Shown here: positions 23,011-35,167 of the stretch, piece after piece
Position numbering within the stretch: position 1 is the stretch's first letter
How the letters are laid out: every line of letters starts with the position of its first letter
DNA from: an uncultured Candidatus Saccharibacteria bacterium
GTDB taxonomy: Bacteria > Patescibacteriota > Minisyncoccia > UBA6257
NCBI GenBank assembly: GCA_964428155.1
Contig: CAYRXA010000018.1
Location: 1 to 45,949 of the forward strand
Length of the DNA: 45,949 nucleotides
Direction: 5' to 3'
The notes under the pieces: model-generated
Seen by the model: the letters and a program-made list of their open reading frames with translations, nothing else
Databases searched by the model: none
Told to the model about the DNA's origin: nothing
Made by a program: the position numbers and the translations under genes

Positions 23011-26000
23011 ATGTCTAGCCAGCCAACAATAAAAAATTTTTCCCGTTATTCCCGGGAAATTTTAGAGCCACCGCGCTTGACTCAGTTTCAAACAGACTCT
23101 TTTAAATGGTTTTTAGAAACAGGGATCAAAGATGTTTTTAAGGAATTATTGCCGATAAAAGATTATACCGGAAAGGATTTAGAATTGGATTTTTTAGATT
23201 ATTATTTAGAAACTCCAAAAATATCAGAAAATCAAGCAAAAGAGAAGGGATTAAATTACGAGGCAACTTTAAGAGTAAAGTTAAGACTGACTTATAAAAA
23301 GTCAGGCGCTGTTAGAGAACAAGAAGTTTATTTTGGAGAAATTCCTACGATGACTCCCCGAGGAACTTTTATTATTAATGGAGTAGAAAAGGTTGTTATT
23401 TCTCAAATAAATCGTTCCCCCGGAGTTTATTTTTCATTAGTAAATTTGAGAGGCAAGAGACTTTGTAATGCTAAATTAATTCCAAATCATGGGGCTTGGT
23501 TAGAATTTGAAACTGATAATGATGGAGTGATTAATGTAAGGATAGATCGAAAAAGAAAAATTTCAATAACAACCCTTTTGAGAATTTTTGGCTTAGAAAA
23601 AAATGAAGATATTAAGAAAGTTTTTAAAAAAGAAGAAGAGAAATCGCCAATAAAATATATTGAGAATACTTTAAAAAAAGATTTGGCTTCAAATAAAGAA
23701 GAAGGCTATATCGAAATTTATCGACACTTACGACCAGGAGAATTGGCTACATATGATAATGCTCATGATTTAATCAATAATATGTTTTTCCGTCTTGATA
23801 GATATGACTTAGCAAAAGTAGGTAGATATAAAATTAATCAGCGTCTTGAATTAGATATTCCTTTTGATCAAAAAACTTTAACCCAAGAAGATTTAATAAC
23901 TATTATAAAAGAAATGATTCGTCTTAATAATGACGAAGAAGCTTTGGGCGATGATATTGATCATTTAGGAAATCGAAGAGTGAAAGCAGTAGGAGAAATT
24001 TTAACTGAAAGACTAAGGGTAGGTTTAATGAGAATGAGAAGAACAATTCAAGACAGAATGGCTATCTTAGATCCTGAAGTTTTAACACCAGCTCAATTAA
24101 TAAACCCTCATCAATTAGTAGCAGTACTGAGGGAATTTTTTAATGTTTCTCAACTTTGTCAATTTATGGAACAAATGAATATGCTTTCAGAAGTTGAGCA
24201 TAAAAGAAGAATGACTTGTATGGGTCCAGGTGGTTTAGTGAGAGAAAGAGCTGGATTAGAAGTTAGAGATATTCACATAAGTCATTATGGCCGTTTGTGT
24301 CCTATTCAAACTCCTGAAGGTCAAAACATAGGATTAGTTCTTTCCTTGGCTCTTTATGCTAGGTTAAATGAATTTGGTTTTATTGAGACTCCATATATTA
24401 AAATTAAGAATGCTCAAATTAGTAGAGAAATAGTTTGGTTAAATGCTTTTGAAGAATCTAAATATAAGATTGCTCATGGAGCAATTGATATCGATGAAAA
24501 AGGAAAAATAAAAGAAGAATGGATTGGAGCGAGAGTAAAAGGTGAACCGACTTTAATTCAAAGCGAAGAAGTGGATTTAATGGATGTTTCTTGTCAACAA
24601 ATTACTTCTGTAGCAGTAAATTTAATTCCTTTTCTAGAACATGATGAGTCTAACAGGGCTTTAATGGGTGCAAATATGCAAAGACAAGCAGTGCCTTGTG
24701 TTAGAACTCAAGCACCTTTAGTATCAACTGGAGTTGAGTCTAAAGTTGCTTTTGAGTCAGGGCAATGCTTGATTAGTGAGGTAGATGGAATTATAGAAGA
24801 AGTTGATGCTAGTCATATTACGATTAAAGTTAATGGAGAGAAAAATAATAAAATTTATGAATTAATTAATTTTGGCCGTAGCAATAAGAATAGTTGGTTG
24901 ATGCATAAACCAATTGTTAAAAAAGGAGATAAGATAAAAAAAGGAGATATTTTAGCAGATGGAGCTGCTACAGAAAATGGAGTTTTGGCCCTTGGTCAAA
25001 ATCTTTTAGTTGCTTTTATGCCTTTTTTTGGGTCAAATTATGAAGATGCAATTGTAATTTCAGAAAGAGTATTAAAAAATGATTGCTTTACTTCAGTTTA
25101 TTTAGAGGAATTTACTTGTGATGTAGTGGAAACTAAATTAGGTCCAGAAGTGACTACTCGAGACATTCCTAATGTTTCTGAAGAAAAATTAAAAAATTTA
25201 GATGAGGAAGGAATTGTAAGAGTTGGAGCCGAAGTAAGAGGCGGTGATATTTTAGTAGGTAAAATTTCTCCTAAAGGAAAGGCAGAGCTTACTTCAGAGG
25301 AAAGATTACTTCAAGCTATTTTTGGAGAACAGATGAAAGATATTAAAGATAGTTCTTTATCCTTAGAGCCTTCTCGTCAAGGAAGAGTGGTGAGAACAAA
25401 AATTCTTTCACGTAAAGAAGGGGATAAATTAAATGTTGGAGTAATAAAAAGAATAAGCGTAGAAATTGCTGAATTAAGAAATATTATGGCTGGAGATAAA
25501 TTAGCTGGGCGTCATGGGAACAAAGGAGTTATCTCTGTTATTGTTCCAGAAGAAGACATGCCTTATTTAGAAGATGGAACTCCAGTTGATGTAATTTTAA
25601 ATCCTTTAGGAATTGGTAGTCGAATGAATTTAGGTCAAGTTTTTGAAAATCATTTAGGTTTAGCAGCTCATAAATTAGGCTATCGAGCAATTACTCCTTC
25701 TCTAGATGGAGCGACTGAAGAAGATATTAAAAATGAATTAATAAAAGCAGGATTACCAGAAGATGGTAAAGTTATCTTGCATAATGGTAAAACAGGAGAG
25801 TCGTTTGATAAAAAGATAGCTGTTGGCATGATGTATATTATGAAATTAGAACATATGGTTAAAGATAAAGTTCATATGAGAGCTATTGGTTCATATTCTT
25901 TAATTACTCAGCAGCCTTTAGGGGGAAGAGCTCATCATGGAGGTCAAAGATTTGGAGAAATGGAAGTTTGGGCCTTAGAGGGCTATGGTGCTGCTTATGC

Positions 26001-26217
26001 TTTGCAAGAAATGCTGACTATTAAATCTGATGATGTCTTAGGAAGAGGATCAGCCTACGAAGCTATTATAAAAGGAGAAAAAATAAAAAATCCGAATATT
26101 CCAGCTGCTTTTAGTGTTATTCTTAAAGAGTTACAATCTTTAGGTTTATCAACTAATCTTATTGGAGTGAGAACAGAAGAAGAAAAGAAAAATTCAGTAA
26201 CTGATGAAACAAAATAA
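23011..26217 (+). CDS. rpoB: DNA-directed RNA polymerase beta subunit
   Basis: 1068 aa. GTFIINGVEKVVISQ, NMQRQAVP, GDKLAGRHGNKGV, GGQRFGEMEVWALE. Confidence 0.97.
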   Translation: MSSQPTIKNFSRYSREILEPPRLTQFQTDSFKWFLETGIKDVFKELLPIKDYTGKDLELDFLDYYLETPKISENQAKEKGLNYEATLRVKLRLTYKKSGAVREQEVYFGEIPTMTPRGTFIINGVEKVVISQINRSPGVYFSLVNLRGKRLCNAKLIPNHGAWLEFETDNDGVINVRIDRKRKISITTLLRIFGLEKNEDIKKVFKKEEEKSPIKYIENTLKKDLASNKEEGYIEIYRHLRPGELATYDNAHDLINNMFFRLDRYDLAKVGRYKINQRLELDIPFDQKTLTQEDLITIIKEMIRLNNDEEALGDDIDHLGNRRVKAVGEILTERLRVGLMRMRRTIQDRMAILDPEVLTPAQLINPHQLVAVLREFFNVSQLCQFMEQMNMLSEVEHKRRMTCMGPGGLVRERAGLEVRDIHISHYGRLCPIQTPEGQNIGLVLSLALYARLNEFGFIETPYIKIKNAQISREIVWLNAFEESKYKIAHGAIDIDEKGKIKEEWIGARVKGEPTLIQSEEVDLMDVSCQQITSVAVNLIPFLEHDESNRALMGANMQRQAVPCVRTQAPLVSTGVESKVAFESGQCLISEVDGIIEEVDASHITIKVNGEKNNKIYELINFGRSNKNSWLMHKPIVKKGDKIKKGDILADGAATENGVLALGQNLLVAFMPFFGSNYEDAIVISERVLKNDCFTSVYLEEFTCDVVETKLGPEVTTRDIPNVSEEKLKNLDEEGIVRVGAEVRGGDILVGKISPKGKAELTSEERLLQAIFGEQMKDIKDSSLSLEPSRQGRVVRTKILSRKEGDKLNVGVIKRISVEIAELRNIMAGDKLAGRHGNKGVISVIVPEEDMPYLEDGTPVDVILNPLGIGSRMNLGQVFENHLGLAAHKLGYRAITPSLDGATEEDIKNELIKAGLPEDGKVILHNGKTGESFDKKIAVGMMYIMKLEHMVKDKVHMRAIGSYSLITQQPLGGRAHHGGQRFGEMEVWALEGYGAAYALQEMLTIKSDDVLGRGSAYEAIIKGEKIKNPNIPAAFSVILKELQSLGLSTNLIGVRTEEEKKNSVTDETK

Positions 26218-26228
26218 TTAGATAATTT

Positions 26229-29200
26229 ATGAAACAAGATACAGAAATAAAAATCAGTGATTTTGAGGCCTTAAGTTTAAAGATAGCTTCTCCAGAAGAG
26301 ATTTTGTCATGGTCATACAATGAAACGACAAAATCTTATGGAGAAATTACTAAAGCAGAAACGATTAATTATCGAACTCAAAAGCCAGAAAAAGAAGGTT
26401 TATTTTCTGAGCAAATTTTTGGTCCAGTAAAGGATTATGAATGTGCTTGTGGCAAATACAGGGGAGCTCATTATAAAGGAATAGTTTGTGATCGTTGTGG
26501 TGTAGAAATAACTCGTTCTTTTGTTCGGCGTGAAAAAATGGGGCATATTAAATTAGCAACTCCAGTTGTTCATATTTGGTTTTTAAGAAGTATTCCTTCA
26601 AGAATTGGGTTAATTTTAAATATCCCAATGCTTGCCTTAGAAAGAGTTATTTATTATAACAGCTATATTGTTACTTCAGTTGACGAAGAAGCAAAAAAAA
26701 GAACTTTAGAAGAAATTGAATCAGAATATCAATCGAAATTAAAAACCTGGACTTCTAAAAAAAGAAAAGAATTAAGTGATTCTCGTAATCAAGCAAAATC
26801 AGAATTAGATTCGATAAAACCTAAGGCTATTTTTTCCGAAGTTGACTATATAAGTTTATCTAAAAAATATGGCGAAGTTTTTACAGCAGAAACAGGTAGT
26901 GAACCAGTAAGAAAATTTTTAGAACAAGTAGATTTAAAGAAATTAGTGAAAGAATTAGAAAAAGAAATAGAAAAAAAATCTTCAGCTAAAAATATTGATA
27001 AAAAAATTCTTGCTCGTTTAAAATTAGCAAAAGGATTTTTGCAATCTCAATCAAGGCCAGAGTGGATGTTTTTAACAGTTCTCCCTGTTTTACCTCCAGA
27101 TTTAAGACCAATGGTTCAATTAGATGGAGGAAAATTTGCTACTTCTGATCTTAATGATCTTTATCGACGAGTAATTAATCGTAATAATCGTTTAAAAAAA
27201 TTATTAGAACTTAAAGCTCCAGAAGTAATTGTTAAAAATGAAAAAAGAATGCTACAGGAAGCAGTAGATGCATTGATTGATAATTCAATTAGAAAAACAT
27301 CGGGAACAACTCCGATGCATTCAGCTCAGCATCGTCCTTTGAGATCTTTAGCTGATATTTTACAAGGAAAGCAAGGTCGTTTTCGTCAAAATCTTTTAGG
27401 AAAAAGAGTAGATTATTCTGGGCGTTCAGTTATTGTTATTGGACCAGAATTAAAAATTCATGAATGCGGTCTTCCTAAAAAGATGGCTTTAGAATTATTT
27501 AAACCTTTTGTTGCTGGAGAATTAATAAAAAGAGAAATTGTTTTTAATCCTCGAGCAGCTAATCGTTTAATAGAAGAAGGGCCAGATGTTGTTTGGGAAA
27601 TTTTAGAAAATATAGTAAAAGATAAATATGTTCTTCTTAATAGAGCGCCAACTCTTCATCGATTAAGTATTGAGGCTTTTAAGCCAAAGTTAATTGAAGG
27701 ATTGGCTATTCAAATTCCTGCTTTAGTAACACCTCCTTTTAATGCTGATTTTGATGGTGATCAAATGGCAGTTCATCTTCCTTTATCAGAAGAAGCACAA
27801 AGGGAGAGCAAAGGGAGAATGTTAGCAAATTTAGGTTTACTAAAACCAGCTAATGGTGAACCAGCGATGTTACCTCGGCACGAAATGGTAGCTGGTATTT
27901 ATTGGTTAACAATGGAAATAGAAGAAAATGAAAAAAAAGAAGTTTTAAAAAATAAGATTTTTCCTAGTCCTAAAGAAGCTTTATTAGCTTATGAATATAA
28001 AAAGATTAATCTTCAGGAGAAAATTAAAGTTCGTCTTCCAAAAGAAAAGAATGAATTAATAACTACTACTATTGGTAGAATTATTTTCAATGAAGTATTA
28101 CCAGAAGACTTTCCTTTCTTTAATAAACAATTAACGACAAAAGAGATTAAACAAATTACGAAACAAATTATTCATCAATATGAAGACTTTAAAAAGAGTG
28201 CTGAAATTCTGGATGCTATAAAAGATTTAGGTTTTTATTACGCAACTTTATCTGGTGTGTCCTGGGGACTCAGTGATTTAAAGGTTCCAGAGGAAAAACA
28301 ATCTATTTTAGAGGAAACTTCTCAAAAAGTGGAAGAAATTATTAATCAATATGAAGAAGGTTTTCTAACTTCAAAAGAAAGGAAAGCCTTGACTGAGACT
28401 CAGTGGCGACATGCAGTTAATCAAATCTCAAGTTTAGTTCCAAATGCTTTGAAGAAAGAAGATTCAATTTATATCTTCTTTAATTCTGGTGCTAAAGGAA
28501 ATTGGGGAGTAGCTTCTCAAATTATGGGAATAAAAGGATTAGTTGTTAACCCTCTTGGTCGCTTAATTGAAATGCCTATTTTATCTTCTCACCAAGAAGG
28601 TTTTAACGTTCTTGAATATTTTGCTGCTTCTCATGGAGGAAGAAAAGGATTAGCAGATACTGCTTTAAAAACTTCTTTTGCAGGGTATCTTACTCGAAGA
28701 TTAGTAGATGTTGCTCAAGATATTTTAATAAAAGAAAAAGATTGTGGCACAAAAAAAGGATTAATTGTTGACAGAAAAAAATGTGAAGAAGAGGGTGACA
28801 ATTTTGAGAGACAGATTTGGGGAAGATCTTTAATTAAAGATGCTATTGATAAAACAGGAAAAATAATTCTAAAATCAGGAGAATTAATTGATGAAAAAAA
28901 TATTGGGAAAATATTAAATTCTTCAGTTGAGATAGTAAATATTCGTTCTCCTTTAACATGCGAAAGCTTAAGTGGTGTTTGCCAAAAGTGTTACGGACTT
29001 GATTTAGCTTGGAGAAAACCAATTGATCTAGGGGAGGCAGTAGGAGTTATTGCTGCTCAATCAATTGGTGAACCAGGGACTCAATTAACTTTAAGAACTT
29101 TTCATACTGGTGGGGTTGCTCAAGCAATTGATATTACGCAAGGTTTGCCTCGAGTAGAAGAGATTTTTGAAGCACGAATTCCTAAAGGAGAAGCACCAAT

Positions 29201-29852
29201 TAGTGAAGTTGAAGGCATAATAACAGAAATAGAAAAAGCAAATCATCAAAAAATAATCAAAATTAAAACTAAAGAAAAGAAATCCCGTTTAGTTGAATAT
29301 GCTATTCCAGAAATAGTAACTTTATGGGTGAAGAAAGGAGATACAGTAAAAAAAGGAGATCAGCTTTGTGAAGGAAATGTGAATTTAAAAAAACTCTTAA
29401 AAGTTTCAGGAAGAGAAGTTTGTCAGCAACATATTCTAAAAGAGGTAAAAAAAGTTTATAAAATTGCAGGAGAAGATATCAGCGATAAGCATTTTGAAAT
29501 TATTGTTAAACAAATGTTCTCTCAGATCAAAATAAGTAATAAGGGAGATAGTGAATTTATTCCAGGAGAAATAGTTTCTAAAAAATCTTTCCAAGAAACA
29601 GTTCAGAAAATGAAAGATTTAAAAAAGCAACCTCCAAAGGCAGAAGAAATATTAATGGGTGTTAAAAATGTTGCTTTAAATTCAGAAAGTTTTCTTTCAG
29701 CAGCTTCTTTTCAAGAAACTTCTCGAATATTAATTCGTGCAGCAATTGAGGGTCAAAAAGATTATTTGAAAGGCTTAAAAGAAAATGTAATTATTGGTAG
29801 ATTGATTCCTGCAGGAACAGGATTTAGAGAACAACCAAAATTATTAAATTAA
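26229..29852 (+). CDS. rpoC: DNA-directed RNA polymerase beta' subunit
   Basis: 1207 aa. Zinc site CACGKY...CDRCGVE, catalytic NADFDGDQM, and the trigger-loop/bridge-helix regions. Confidence 0.97.
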   Translation: MKQDTEIKISDFEALSLKIASPEEILSWSYNETTKSYGEITKAETINYRTQKPEKEGLFSEQIFGPVKDYECACGKYRGAHYKGIVCDRCGVEITRSFVRREKMGHIKLATPVVHIWFLRSIPSRIGLILNIPMLALERVIYYNSYIVTSVDEEAKKRTLEEIESEYQSKLKTWTSKKRKELSDSRNQAKSELDSIKPKAIFSEVDYISLSKKYGEVFTAETGSEPVRKFLEQVDLKKLVKELEKEIEKKSSAKNIDKKILARLKLAKGFLQSQSRPEWMFLTVLPVLPPDLRPMVQLDGGKFATSDLNDLYRRVINRNNRLKKLLELKAPEVIVKNEKRMLQEAVDALIDNSIRKTSGTTPMHSAQHRPLRSLADILQGKQGRFRQNLLGKRVDYSGRSVIVIGPELKIHECGLPKKMALELFKPFVAGELIKREIVFNPRAANRLIEEGPDVVWEILENIVKDKYVLLNRAPTLHRLSIEAFKPKLIEGLAIQIPALVTPPFNADFDGDQMAVHLPLSEEAQRESKGRMLANLGLLKPANGEPAMLPRHEMVAGIYWLTMEIEENEKKEVLKNKIFPSPKEALLAYEYKKINLQEKIKVRLPKEKNELITTTIGRIIFNEVLPEDFPFFNKQLTTKEIKQITKQIIHQYEDFKKSAEILDAIKDLGFYYATLSGVSWGLSDLKVPEEKQSILEETSQKVEEIINQYEEGFLTSKERKALTETQWRHAVNQISSLVPNALKKEDSIYIFFNSGAKGNWGVASQIMGIKGLVVNPLGRLIEMPILSSHQEGFNVLEYFAASHGGRKGLADTALKTSFAGYLTRRLVDVAQDILIKEKDCGTKKGLIVDRKKCEEEGDNFERQIWGRSLIKDAIDKTGKIILKSGELIDEKNIGKILNSSVEIVNIRSPLTCESLSGVCQKCYGLDLAWRKPIDLGEAVGVIAAQSIGEPGTQLTLRTFHTGGVAQAIDITQGLPRVEEIFEARIPKGEAPISEVEGIITEIEKANHQKIIKIKTKEKKSRLVEYAIPEIVTLWVKKGDTVKKGDQLCEGNVNLKKLLKVSGREVCQQHILKEVKKVYKIAGEDISDKHFEIIVKQMFSQIKISNKGDSEFIPGEIVSKKSFQETVQKMKDLKKQPPKAEEILMGVKNVALNSESFLSAASFQETSRILIRAAIEGQKDYLKGLKENVIIGRLIPAGTGFREQPKLLN

Positions 29853-29865
29853 TTAATAAGCAAAG

Positions 29866-30564
29866 ATGAATCAATCAAAAAATTCATTACCTCAGCATAT
29901 TGGTATTATGATTGATGGGAATCGTCGTTGGGCAAAGGCGAAGAAAATTCCTAGTTTTTTTGGTCATAAAAAAGGAATTGAAAGAGTTGTTGAAATAATA
30001 GATTATGCTTTTAAGAAAAATATTAAAGTTTTATCTTTGTATGGTTTTTCTACTGAAAACTGGAAACGATCAAAAGAAGAAGTTGATTATTTAATGGGTC
30101 TTTTTACTGAATTTGCTAGAAAATACGCCCCTTCTTTTAAGAAAAAAGGGATTCAATTTCGTCATTTAGGCAATATAGAGAAATTACCAAAAACGCTTCA
30201 AAAAGAGCTTAAAAAAGCACAAAAATTGACAAAAAACAATAATAAAATGTTTTTGAACATTGCCTTAAGTTATGGAGGAAGAGATGAAATAGTAAGAGCT
30301 ATTAAACAAATTATTAAAAAGAAAATATCAATTGAAAAGATAAATGAGAAAATAATAATGGATCATTTAGATACTAAAGGCTTACCAGAAGCAGATTTAA
30401 TTATTAGAACTTCAGGTGAAATGCGTTTATCTAATTTTTTACCTTTTCAAGGAACTTATGCAGAATTGTATTTCCCAAAAATTTGTTGGCCAGATTTTAA
30501 TAAAAAACAATTTGATTTAGCTTTAAAGGAATTTCAAAAAAGACAGCGCCGTTTTGGAAAATAG
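29866..30564 (+). CDS. uppS: undecaprenyl-diphosphate synthase
   Basis: HIGIMIDGNRRWAK and IRTSGEMRLSNFLPFQGTYAELYF are the cis-prenyltransferase motifs. Confidence 0.9.
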   Translation: MNQSKNSLPQHIGIMIDGNRRWAKAKKIPSFFGHKKGIERVVEIIDYAFKKNIKVLSLYGFSTENWKRSKEEVDYLMGLFTEFARKYAPSFKKKGIQFRHLGNIEKLPKTLQKELKKAQKLTKNNNKMFLNIALSYGGRDEIVRAIKQIIKKKISIEKINEKIIMDHLDTKGLPEADLIIRTSGEMRLSNFLPFQGTYAELYFPKICWPDFNKKQFDLALKEFQKRQRRFGK

Positions 30565-30589
30565 AGAAAATTGTTATATAATTTATTTA

Positions 30590-31804
30590 ATGGAAAAAGA
30601 AACACGAAAACTTTTAACAGTTTTTCTTATAATTGGAATTACCAGTTCTTTTGTTTTTGGTTTTCTTGGTGGTATTTTTTCTTTGCGTTATTTAGCACAA
30701 GAATCTTTTTTAGAAGAGCAAACCCAAACACAGCTTTTTCTAGAAAATAGCGATTATGAGAATAAAATAATTCAAGTAATTCAAGAAAGCGAAGATTCTG
30801 TAGTAAGCGTAATTGCAACAAAAGATTTGCCAGTCATTGAAGAGTATTATATTAACCCATTTGAAGAGTTTGATTATTCTAGTCCTTTTGATTTTTATTT
30901 TCAGATTCCTCAATATCGACAAAAAGGGACTGAGCCTCAAGAGGTAAGCTCTGGCAGTGGATTTATTATTGATTCTCAGGGTTATATAATTACTAATCGT
31001 CATGTAGTTGAAGATACATTAGCTAGTTATACAATTTTGATGAATGATGGAAAAAAATATCCAGCTGAAGTAATCGCTCGTGATATGATTGAGGATTTTG
31101 CTATTCTTAAGATAGAAAAAACAGGAATAAATCCTTTACCTTTAGGAGATTCTAATGAAATTCTTTTAGGTCAAACAGTTATTGCCATTGGTAATGCTTT
31201 AGGAGAGTTTCAGAATACTGTTTCTCAAGGAGTAATTTCTGGTTTGTCTCGCTCAGTTCAGGTTACTGATAATTATGGTCAGAAAGCTATACTTAATGAT
31301 GTTATTCAAACAGATGCAGCAATTAATAAAGGTAATTCTGGTGGTCCTTTGCTTAATCTTAATGGTGAAGTAATAGGAATGAATACAGCAATGGTTTCTG
31401 GTGCTCAGAATATTGGATTTGCAATTTCAATTAATAAAATAAAAAATGCAGTAGAGCAAGTAATAAAAACAGGAGAAATTAAGATTCCTTATTTAGGAGT
31501 GAGATATATTTTAATAAATCCAACAATTAAAGAAGAAAAAAATTTGTCAGTTGATTATGGGGCTTTATTATTGAGTGGAGGAAATAATGAGCCAGCAGTA
31601 GAAGAAAATTCAGCTGCTTGGCAAGCAGGGCTTCAAGAAGGAGATATAATTTTAGAATTTGGTGATAAAAAAATAAATCAAAACAATCAATTAGCAAGTT
31701 TAATCAGGCAATATAATGTTGGAGAATCAGTCGTTTTAAAAATATTACGAGAGGAAGAAGTTCTTACCAAAGAAATCGTTTTAGGAGAATACTCAAAAGA
31801 TTAA
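30590..31804 (+). CDS. htrA: HtrA/DegP-family serine protease with N-terminal membrane anchor and one PDZ domain
   Basis: Catalytic triad contexts TNRHVV, DFAILKI and GNSGGPLLN. C-terminal PDZ (LQEGDIILEFGDKKI). ATG at 30590; the track's start at 30554 is a TTG inside uppS. Confidence 0.85.
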   Translation: MEKETRKLLTVFLIIGITSSFVFGFLGGIFSLRYLAQESFLEEQTQTQLFLENSDYENKIIQVIQESEDSVVSVIATKDLPVIEEYYINPFEEFDYSSPFDFYFQIPQYRQKGTEPQEVSSGSGFIIDSQGYIITNRHVVEDTLASYTILMNDGKKYPAEVIARDMIEDFAILKIEKTGINPLPLGDSNEILLGQTVIAIGNALGEFQNTVSQGVISGLSRSVQVTDNYGQKAILNDVIQTDAAINKGNSGGPLLNLNGEVIGMNTAMVSGAQNIGFAISINKIKNAVEQVIKTGEIKIPYLGVRYILINPTIKEEKNLSVDYGALLLSGGNNEPAVEENSAAWQAGLQEGDIILEFGDKKINQNNQLASLIRQYNVGESVVLKILREEEVLTKEIVLGEYSKD

Positions 31805-31838
31805 GTTTAAAATTTTTATACTAATTATTTAATTTAAA

Positions 31839-34466
31839 ATGTCTTTAGGAAGATTTACTTCAAAAGCCCAAGCGGCAATAGAAAGAGCTCAACAAATGGC
31901 TCTGGAAAGAAATCAAGGAGAGATGCGTGCTCTTCACCTTTTATATGTTCTATTAGAAGAGAGTGGTTCTGGAGTAAAAGAAATCTTAGAACAAAAAATG
32001 GAAATTGATGCTAGCAGTCTTCTCAAAGAAACATTAGAAGAAATTATAAAATTACCAAGAATTTTTAGTGTTGGCAGTGGTTTTGGTCAAATGTATCTTT
32101 CTCAAGAAATGATGCAGATTATAGAAGTAACAGCAAAAAAGGCTGTTGAAGATAAAAATGAATATATTTCTCCCGAATATTTATTTTATGGAATCTTGGC
32201 AACTAAAAATTCTGCTCAAGCCTTAATAAACAAATATAATATTAAAAAAGATAATTTTTTAGAAGCTCTTCATCAATACAATAAAGGAGAAAAAATAGTT
32301 GATGAATTTCAAGAAGCAGGGACGGCTATAGAAAAGTATACTCAAGATTTAACAAAATTAGCTGAAGAAGATAAACTTGATCCAGTTATTGGCAGAGAGG
32401 AAGAATTACGAAGAGTAATGCAAATTTTGTCTCGGCGTACTAAAAATAATCCAATTCTGATTGGAGAGGCAGGAGTTGGAAAAACAGCTATTGTTGAAGG
32501 GTTAGCTCAGCGGATTGCTTCTAATGAAGTCCCTGAAAGTTTAATTAATAAAAAAATTATTTCTTTAGATTTAGGTGCTTTAATAGCTGGGACTCGTTTT
32601 CGCGGAGAATTTGAAGAACGATTAAAAAATTTATTAAAAGAAATAAAAAAAGCTGGAGATATTATTATATTTATTGATGAAGTTCATACCTTAGTTGGTG
32701 CTGGAGCAGCTGAAGGAGCAATTGATGCTTCAAATTTATTAAAGCCAGCTTTAGCTCGAGGAGAATTAAGGGCAATAGGAGCGGCTACTTTTAAAGATTT
32801 TAGAGAATATATTGAAAAAGATTCTGCTTTAGAGCGTCGTTTTCAGCCAGTTTCTGTAGAAGAGCCTTCTTCTGATGAAGCAATAGAAATACTAAGAGGA
32901 TTAAGGCCAAAATATGAAGCTCATCATGGATTGAAAATTTCTGAAGAAGCTGTTGTAGCAGCAGTTCAATTGTCAAGCCGTTATATTACTTCGCGTTTTT
33001 TGCCAGATAAAGCAATTGATTTAATAGATGAAGCAGCTTCAGTTTTAAGTTTAGAAATTGGTAGTATTCCTTTATCAATTAATGATCTTAAAACAAGAAT
33101 TAAGTCTTTAGAATTAGAGCAACAAGTAATAAAAAGAGATAGCGGAAAAAAGAAAAAAAATTCTCAAAATAAGAAATTAGATAATGAGCTAAAAGTATTA
33201 AAAAAGAAATTTAAAGCACTTAATCTTAAGTGGAAGAAAGAAAAAGAAATATTTAATGAAGTTGGAAAAATCAAAAAAGATATTGAACAATTATATAAGG
33301 AGTCTCAAGAATGCGAAAAAGCGGGTCAATTAGATAAAGTAGCAGAAATTGTTTATGGGAAAATTCCTCAATTAAAAAAAATGCTTAAGGCAAAAGAAAA
33401 AGGATTAGAAAGAATTCCTGAAAAAGAAAGGTTTTTGAAAGAAGAAGTTAAGGCTGAAGATATTGCTAGGGTAGTATCTAATTGGACTGGAATTCCAGTA
33501 ACTAGAATGTTGGAAGAAGAAAGTAAAAAATTAGCACGAATAGAAAAGGAATTATCAAAAAGAGTTATTGGGCAGGAAAAAGCTATTAATGCAATAAGTA
33601 GAGCAATAAAAAGAGCAAGAGCTGGAATTTCAGAAGAAGAAAGACCAATAGGATCATTTATGTTTTTGGGCCCAACTGGAGTAGGAAAAACAGAGCTCGC
33701 CAGAGCTTTAGCAGAGTTTATGTTTTCTAATGAGAAAGCAATGGTTAGAGTTGATATGTCAGAATATATGGAAAAACATAGCGTTGCTCGTTTAATTGGC
33801 TCACCTCCAGGTTATGTTGGCTATGAAACCGGTGGTCAATTAACTGAAGCAATAAAGCATCGACCTTATAGTTTGGTTTTATTTGATGAAATAGAAAAAG
33901 CTCATCCAGAAGTATTTAATATTCTTCTGCAAATACTAGACAATGGTCGTTTAACTGATGGCAAAGGAAGGATGGTTAATTTTAAAAATACAATTATTAT
34001 CATGACCTCTAATTTAGGAGGAGAATATATTCATGAAATGGCTTCTTTAGGCTTTGCAGTTAATAAGAAAAATAAATTAGAACAACAAAAAGAAGAATTG
34101 AAAGAAAAGATTCATGAATCATTAACAGAAAGATTCCGTCCAGAGTTTCTTAATCGAATAGATGAAATAATTATTTTTGATTCGTTAAGTAACCACGATA
34201 TAGAAAAGATAGTAGACTTACAAGTAGAAAAAATAAACCGTCGATTGACTGATAAAAAGATTTTTATTCAGTTAACCCAAGAAGCTAAAAAATATTTATC
34301 TCAAAAAGGATTTAGCCCAGATTATGGAGCACGTCCTTTAAAGAGATTAATTGAAAAAGAAATTCTCGATCGTTTAGCAGATGAAATTATTATTGGAGAG
34401 ATAAAAGAAGGGAAAAAGATTTCAGTTAGTTTAAAGAAAAATAGTTTAAGTTTATGTCAAAGATAA
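31839..34466 (+). CDS. clpB: chaperone/disaggregase ClpB
   Basis: 875 aa. Clp_N repeats. D1 [18 protein letters not shown] / [10 protein letters not shown]. Long coiled-coil middle domain. D2 [15 protein letters not shown] / [11 protein letters not shown] / GARPL. No ClpP-docking IGF loop. Confidence 0.95.
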   Translation: MSLGRFTSKAQAAIERAQQMALERNQGEMRALHLLYVLLEESGSGVKEILEQKMEIDASSLLKETLEEIIKLPRIFSVGSGFGQMYLSQEMMQIIEVTAKKAVEDKNEYISPEYLFYGILATKNSAQALINKYNIKKDNFLEALHQYNKGEKIVDEFQEAGTAIEKYTQDLTKLAEEDKLDPVIGREEELRRVMQILSRRTKNNPILIGEAGVGKTAIVEGLAQRIASNEVPESLINKKIISLDLGALIAGTRFRGEFEERLKNLLKEIKKAGDIIIFIDEVHTLVGAGAAEGAIDASNLLKPALARGELRAIGAATFKDFREYIEKDSALERRFQPVSVEEPSSDEAIEILRGLRPKYEAHHGLKISEEAVVAAVQLSSRYITSRFLPDKAIDLIDEAASVLSLEIGSIPLSINDLKTRIKSLELEQQVIKRDSGKKKKNSQNKKLDNELKVLKKKFKALNLKWKKEKEIFNEVGKIKKDIEQLYKESQECEKAGQLDKVAEIVYGKIPQLKKMLKAKEKGLERIPEKERFLKEEVKAEDIARVVSNWTGIPVTRMLEEESKKLARIEKELSKRVIGQEKAINAISRAIKRARAGISEEERPIGSFMFLGPTGVGKTELARALAEFMFSNEKAMVRVDMSEYMEKHSVARLIGSPPGYVGYETGGQLTEAIKHRPYSLVLFDEIEKAHPEVFNILLQILDNGRLTDGKGRMVNFKNTIIIMTSNLGGEYIHEMASLGFAVNKKNKLEQQKEELKEKIHESLTERFRPEFLNRIDEIIIFDSLSNHDIEKIVDLQVEKINRRLTDKKIFIQLTQEAKKYLSQKGFSPDYGARPLKRLIEKEILDRLADEIIIGEIKEGKKISVSLKKNSLSLCQR

Positions 34467-35167
34467 AGAATTTTCTTTCTTCCTTAGAACTTAAAATATT
34501 TGTTTTTTTTATTCTTTATGTTGGGTTTCTTCTAGGAAGTGTTATTTTTTCTTTACGTTTTTCATATGCTATTTTAATTGGGCTATTAATAATTCTTTTT
34601 TGGAAAATTCTCTTAGGAATGTCATGGGTTAATTTTTCTTTTCTTTTTATATGTTTTTTTGAAGCCAATATTATAAATTTTTTTATTAAACCTTTTTGGG
34701 CCGTGCTTTTTGTTTTGTTGTTTTTATTCTTTTTTTGGGAAAGATGTTTTTCAGATAAAATAAAAAACCAAAGCCTAGAAAGCAATGGTAATAAGTTGAC
34801 TCTTCTTGCTTCTTCAAAAAAAGAGAAGTATTGGCGAGATATTATTTTTTATTATCTTTTTTTAGGGTGGATAGTAATCTCTTATGGTTCTTATTTTTTC
34901 CTAAATTATTCTTTTGGAGTTAGTTTTTTAATGTATATGTTAGGGTTAGTCTTTTTTTCTTATTTACATTTTCTTTTTTTAAATATTCCTTTTGTAAATT
35001 TTTGGCTTTCTTTTCTGGTTTTAATTTTAATCAACCTAGAATTTTTCTTATTATTCAGTTATCTTTCTCTAAGTGTTTTGATTTTAAGCCTTTTTTTGCT
35101 TTTGGTTTTTCGTTTTTTCGCTTATCTTCATGGAAATAAATATCTGTTAATTGCTTCTCTATTGTAG
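34454..35167 (+). CDS. hypothetical polytopic membrane protein
   Basis: 237 aa, about 7 hydrophobic segments, Phe/Leu-rich. The ATG lies 13 nt inside the end of clpB. No family recognised. The AT-rich composition could partly account for the open frame. Confidence 0.4.
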   Translation: MSKIKNFLSSLELKIFVFFILYVGFLLGSVIFSLRFSYAILIGLLIILFWKILLGMSWVNFSFLFICFFEANIINFFIKPFWAVLFVLLFLFFFWERCFSDKIKNQSLESNGNKLTLLASSKKEKYWRDIIFYYLFLGWIVISYGSYFFLNYSFGVSFLMYMLGLVFFSYLHFLFLNIPFVNFWLSFLVLILINLEFFLLFSYLSLSVLILSLFLLLVFRFFAYLHGNKYLLIASLL

